A stretch of DNA of 64,000 nt from positions 64,170,001 to 64,234,000 of the forward strand of contig OZ320315.1 of NCBI GenBank assembly GCA_976226885.1, written 5' to 3'. This stretch comes from Iphione sp. A-MEVVRFRX5. Its lineage: Eukaryota. This document shows positions 60,758 to 64,000 of this stretch, piece after piece. The translations under genes and the position numbers were made by a program. The notes under the pieces are model-generated. The model searched no databases, was not told where the DNA came from, and worked only from the letters and a program-made list of their open reading frames with translations. Numbering within the stretch: position 1 is the first letter of the stretch; each line of letters begins with the position of its first letter.

Positions 60758-63700
60758 TATGTCGTAGCACGCGCCCCTACGACCGCCCCACCCCCACCCT
60801 TCCGGCGCGACGTGGCGATCCCAAATCCGGTCACGCATGGGCGGAGCTAGTGCGTACCAGTCGCCGACCTGCTGCTGCTTCCTCCCGACGTGTGGAGCCA
60901 CCGTCGCCCGATGCCAGATCTCCAATAGCAGGTCTTGAGGACAGAATACTTGGCTCCGTGGCGTCAGGTTCTACACTGGGAAAGCAGTGGCGAAAAATGC
61001 TATGTGGTGCTGCCGGGGGCGCCATCAAGGGGACATGCCTACTGAACTATACATTGTAATAACACACACACACATACGGACGAACTACCATTGCATTCAC
61101 CTCAGGAACCTTGCGCAACTTAAAACAGTTTGGTAGATGACCTGGTCGACTGGCTGATTTCCCTGGGCAAAAACAAATTAGAGAGGAAAATTAAGGGAAA
61201 TGAGCATCGTTGTGTCGTTGTGTTATCTATAACCAATCGTATTATAAAATGTTCATGTTTTTTTCACAAGTTAGACAAGAAATATATTTTCCTTCTGTGT
61301 AGCGTCCCAAATCAGTTGTATGAACTCTCATCGTGGACCTTTCTTTCACCTAAAGTACGAACAGTTGCGTCAAGGACTTGGAATCATGTGAGCCGCCTCT
61401 CATTTCAATTACGCTAACAATGAATATGATTGCCTCAGTAAAATCGAACATAATCACCTCCCCATTGCTTTAATTAAAGTCTTTTTGTCATTTACCGACC
61501 GCCTGGCTCCTTGCTGTCATAGTGATCAGGTTCATCCGACATTAGTTGTTTTTGCGATGTCTCCACTGAGACGGTTGGGCTGTGTCATCTATACGAGGTA
61601 AAAAAAGACCTCTATTGGCAGAGAGTTAACGGGAAGACAAGCAAGACACACAAAGAGGAAAACAGGGAGAGTTAGACGGCGAGAAAGAAAGCAAACTATG
61701 TATATGGAGTACGAAAAGAACTGATACTGAGGTAACAATGAGGTGAGACTGAGGGATAATATGGGAAAGAAAAAGCTAAGCTTGGAGATGATCAAAGGAA
61801 GAGAAAGGCCTGGAGTGGATAGGTAGGAGAGCGAGGTATATATTCTATGTAAACATATCGGAGAGGAAAACGTAGAGAGGCAAAACCAATAGCATATAGT
61901 GAGGAGAAAAATGAGAGAGTCGAATGAGGGAAATGTTTTCCAAATATAAATGTGAAGAGAGACGAAGCGACAATTAGATCAATATCGCAATATGAAGAAT
62001 GGCGTTTCAAAGAGAATGTATACAATAAGAAGTAAAGAAAACGCTGAATGGCGAACATGCAGAGAAGGAGAGAGATTAGTCAAACAGCATGAGGGTAATG
62101 CTGCATCAGGTTTGATTGTAAAGCTGAACAGTGGTGCCGGAAAAGCGAACATTGACAGAAGATAAAGATAAGAAAAATATCCTTTTACATGTTGAAAGTA
62201 AAGAGAAAGGAAGCCGAGAGATGAATGTGTTGAGAAGGAAAGGAACTACAAAAAACACATGGTACGTATCAATATATAAGTGAAGAGAGTCGGGATAGCG
62301 GAAGGAGGAATACGCTGAGAACGAGAGATATTAATCAAGGAATATGAGCGAAACATCCCCTCATGATGAAAGGTAAGCAAATACGATATAGTAACCACTT
62401 AGAGCAAGGTTGAAAATATAATCAAATAAAAAAAAACTCATCCCTTCGCTACTAGCTGCTTGCATTATTGACACAGATGCCAGCCACCCCTGCCTTCTAG
62501 CCCTACTGAGTGGTAGTCCGGCAATGAGCGATCTGCAATATTGCTGCGGGGAGGAGGATGGTAGCTACCAGACAAGTACGGAGGGGGCGGGATACTTGCA
62601 ATGCTATCTCATGCGGGCACGTTCAAGAACTCCGCTAAGTGCATGTCGCCTTGAAACACCAACCGATGCTTGCAGCATACAATGATTAAAGATAACTTAA
62701 TGGATGCTGATGAACGGCGACTACGCATTCGTAGGAGGGCGGCAGTAAAAATGAAGATACGGCGAATGTAAGCGAGAAAATGTCAGTATTCATACCTTTT
62801 ATGGTACTTGATCGCGTCTCCCTTAAGTGCACTGAACCAGTCAGGTTTGTCGAAGCTTTCTTTATTGCAGGAAAGATTGCATAAAAAATGTACTTTTAAA
62901 ACACTTATTCAGCAGACATCTTGCGGAATTAAACAGTCAGCATTTCATTGGATATATAAGAATTGTCGCTTATGGAGAATTGTTTTACTTAATTTTTCTT
63001 TTTGTTTTGGCTGAGTGTGTCAGATAAGGAATAATGTCAAATAAGGGGGACTACTGCGTACGATGGTCCCTGCGCGACGGACACCATGGTGCTGGCAGTA
63101 CTGCCTAACAGGGTGACTTTTAAGAATCACGATGCAAGATTCCATTACTGCACACTATTTCCACAACCAACAACACCAAGATAACCGTCACAATCGATTG
63201 AAACATGGTGGGACCACTCTAAATAATGATGGGTCGTGTTGATGTATATATGTATGTTTTCCGACGCAGTTGACAGATTAGTGACAAACTTAAAATATAC
63301 ATAAAAATCCCATATATGTCTATCTAACATGAAAAATATACTATTACTCCTCTTAAAATAGTCTGTATATTCTTGGTCATGTTTATCTTTATTAACTAAT
63401 GGATCCATTAAAGTGAGATTCCATCTAGGCGCATTGTTTTCATATTGTTTGGGAATATCCTCAGAATTAAATGTTTAATTAATGTAGTTTTGGGAGAAAG
63501 AAACTCCAATAGAATAGGACCTCATTCTTTTAAAATAATTCCTATATAATTATGAGTTCCATAATAACTGTTTATGTTGTCAAAGATGCAGACATGGAGG
63601 CATCAAGGGAAGTAAAACCTATGAAAACGATACCCCTGATTTATCGTTGTTTTTGCTTCGAAATGACGAGGACATTACTTTCCACGACGAAATTCCTGTG

Positions 63701-64000
63701 CTGATAATATGAGTAAACGGAGGTCGGACAGCAAGTCACAAGTTCCATCCTCATCAACATGCCATACTTGGCGATGGAAACTTGTGTATGTAACAGCAGC
63801 CAATCCACTCCCGGCTACCATTTGTCCCCAGGATAGGATGCGTTGCCATGGTTCCTTCCTATCGGCGGTCGTCAACCTGAACCCTGCGCGTGTGCTTGTG
63901 ACCTAAGGAGGTTTACATGAGTATGGAGGGCCCTTAGGTTGTCCTCGGAATCTTGGGTAATGTTTCCTGTCATTAGCCCCTAATGTATTGCATCGTATCT

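Noticed and set aside
60647-61059. ORFs 60647..60925, 60652..61059 and 60831..61028
   Set aside because: Alternative-frame overlaps of the EH-like last exon and its GC-rich 3'UTR.
61590-62400. Strongly purine-skewed stretch (similar one at ~20900-21450)
   Set aside because: No long ORF, repeat unit or terminal structure identified; treated as unclassified low-complexity or repeat DNA.

Overview
This is AT-rich, repeat-dense eukaryotic DNA from an animal, probably a non-arthropod invertebrate; the taxon cannot be fixed from sequence alone. (1) Two spliced host genes, missed or only partly caught by the ORF track, are transcribed divergently. On the minus strand is a ~96-aa secreted peptide with 8 Cys in a C-C-CC-CC-C-C frame (coding exons 19840-19796, 11778-11737, 11612-11580, 3117-2947). 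On the plus strand is an 88-aa eclosion-hormone-like 6-Cys neuropeptide precursor (coding exons 57940-58083 and 60635-60757, with TATA box and 5'UTR exon). (2) The main find is a very young 7.37-kb Ty3/Gypsy LTR element (3215-10585) in the last intron of the Cys-rich gene, antisense to it. Its two 508-bp LTRs read as identical and each carries four perfect heat-shock elements upstream of the TATA box. It has a tRNA-Leu PBS, a PPT, an intact gag and an intact -1 frameshift signal. Its pol is collapsed and has lost its catalytic motifs, but an extra 505-aa ORF with two C2H2-like zinc fingers is intact. I infer a heat-inducible, non-autonomous retrotransposon that keeps Gag and an accessory zinc-finger protein under selection. 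(3) An old, point-mutated relative lies at ~51680-54225. The rest is decayed CR1/L2-type LINEs, MULE, Sola, pogo/Tigger and EnSpm-like DNA transposon relics, minisatellites and foldback hairpins. I found no rRNA, intact tRNA or CRISPR array. All calls were made by eye; no searches were run.
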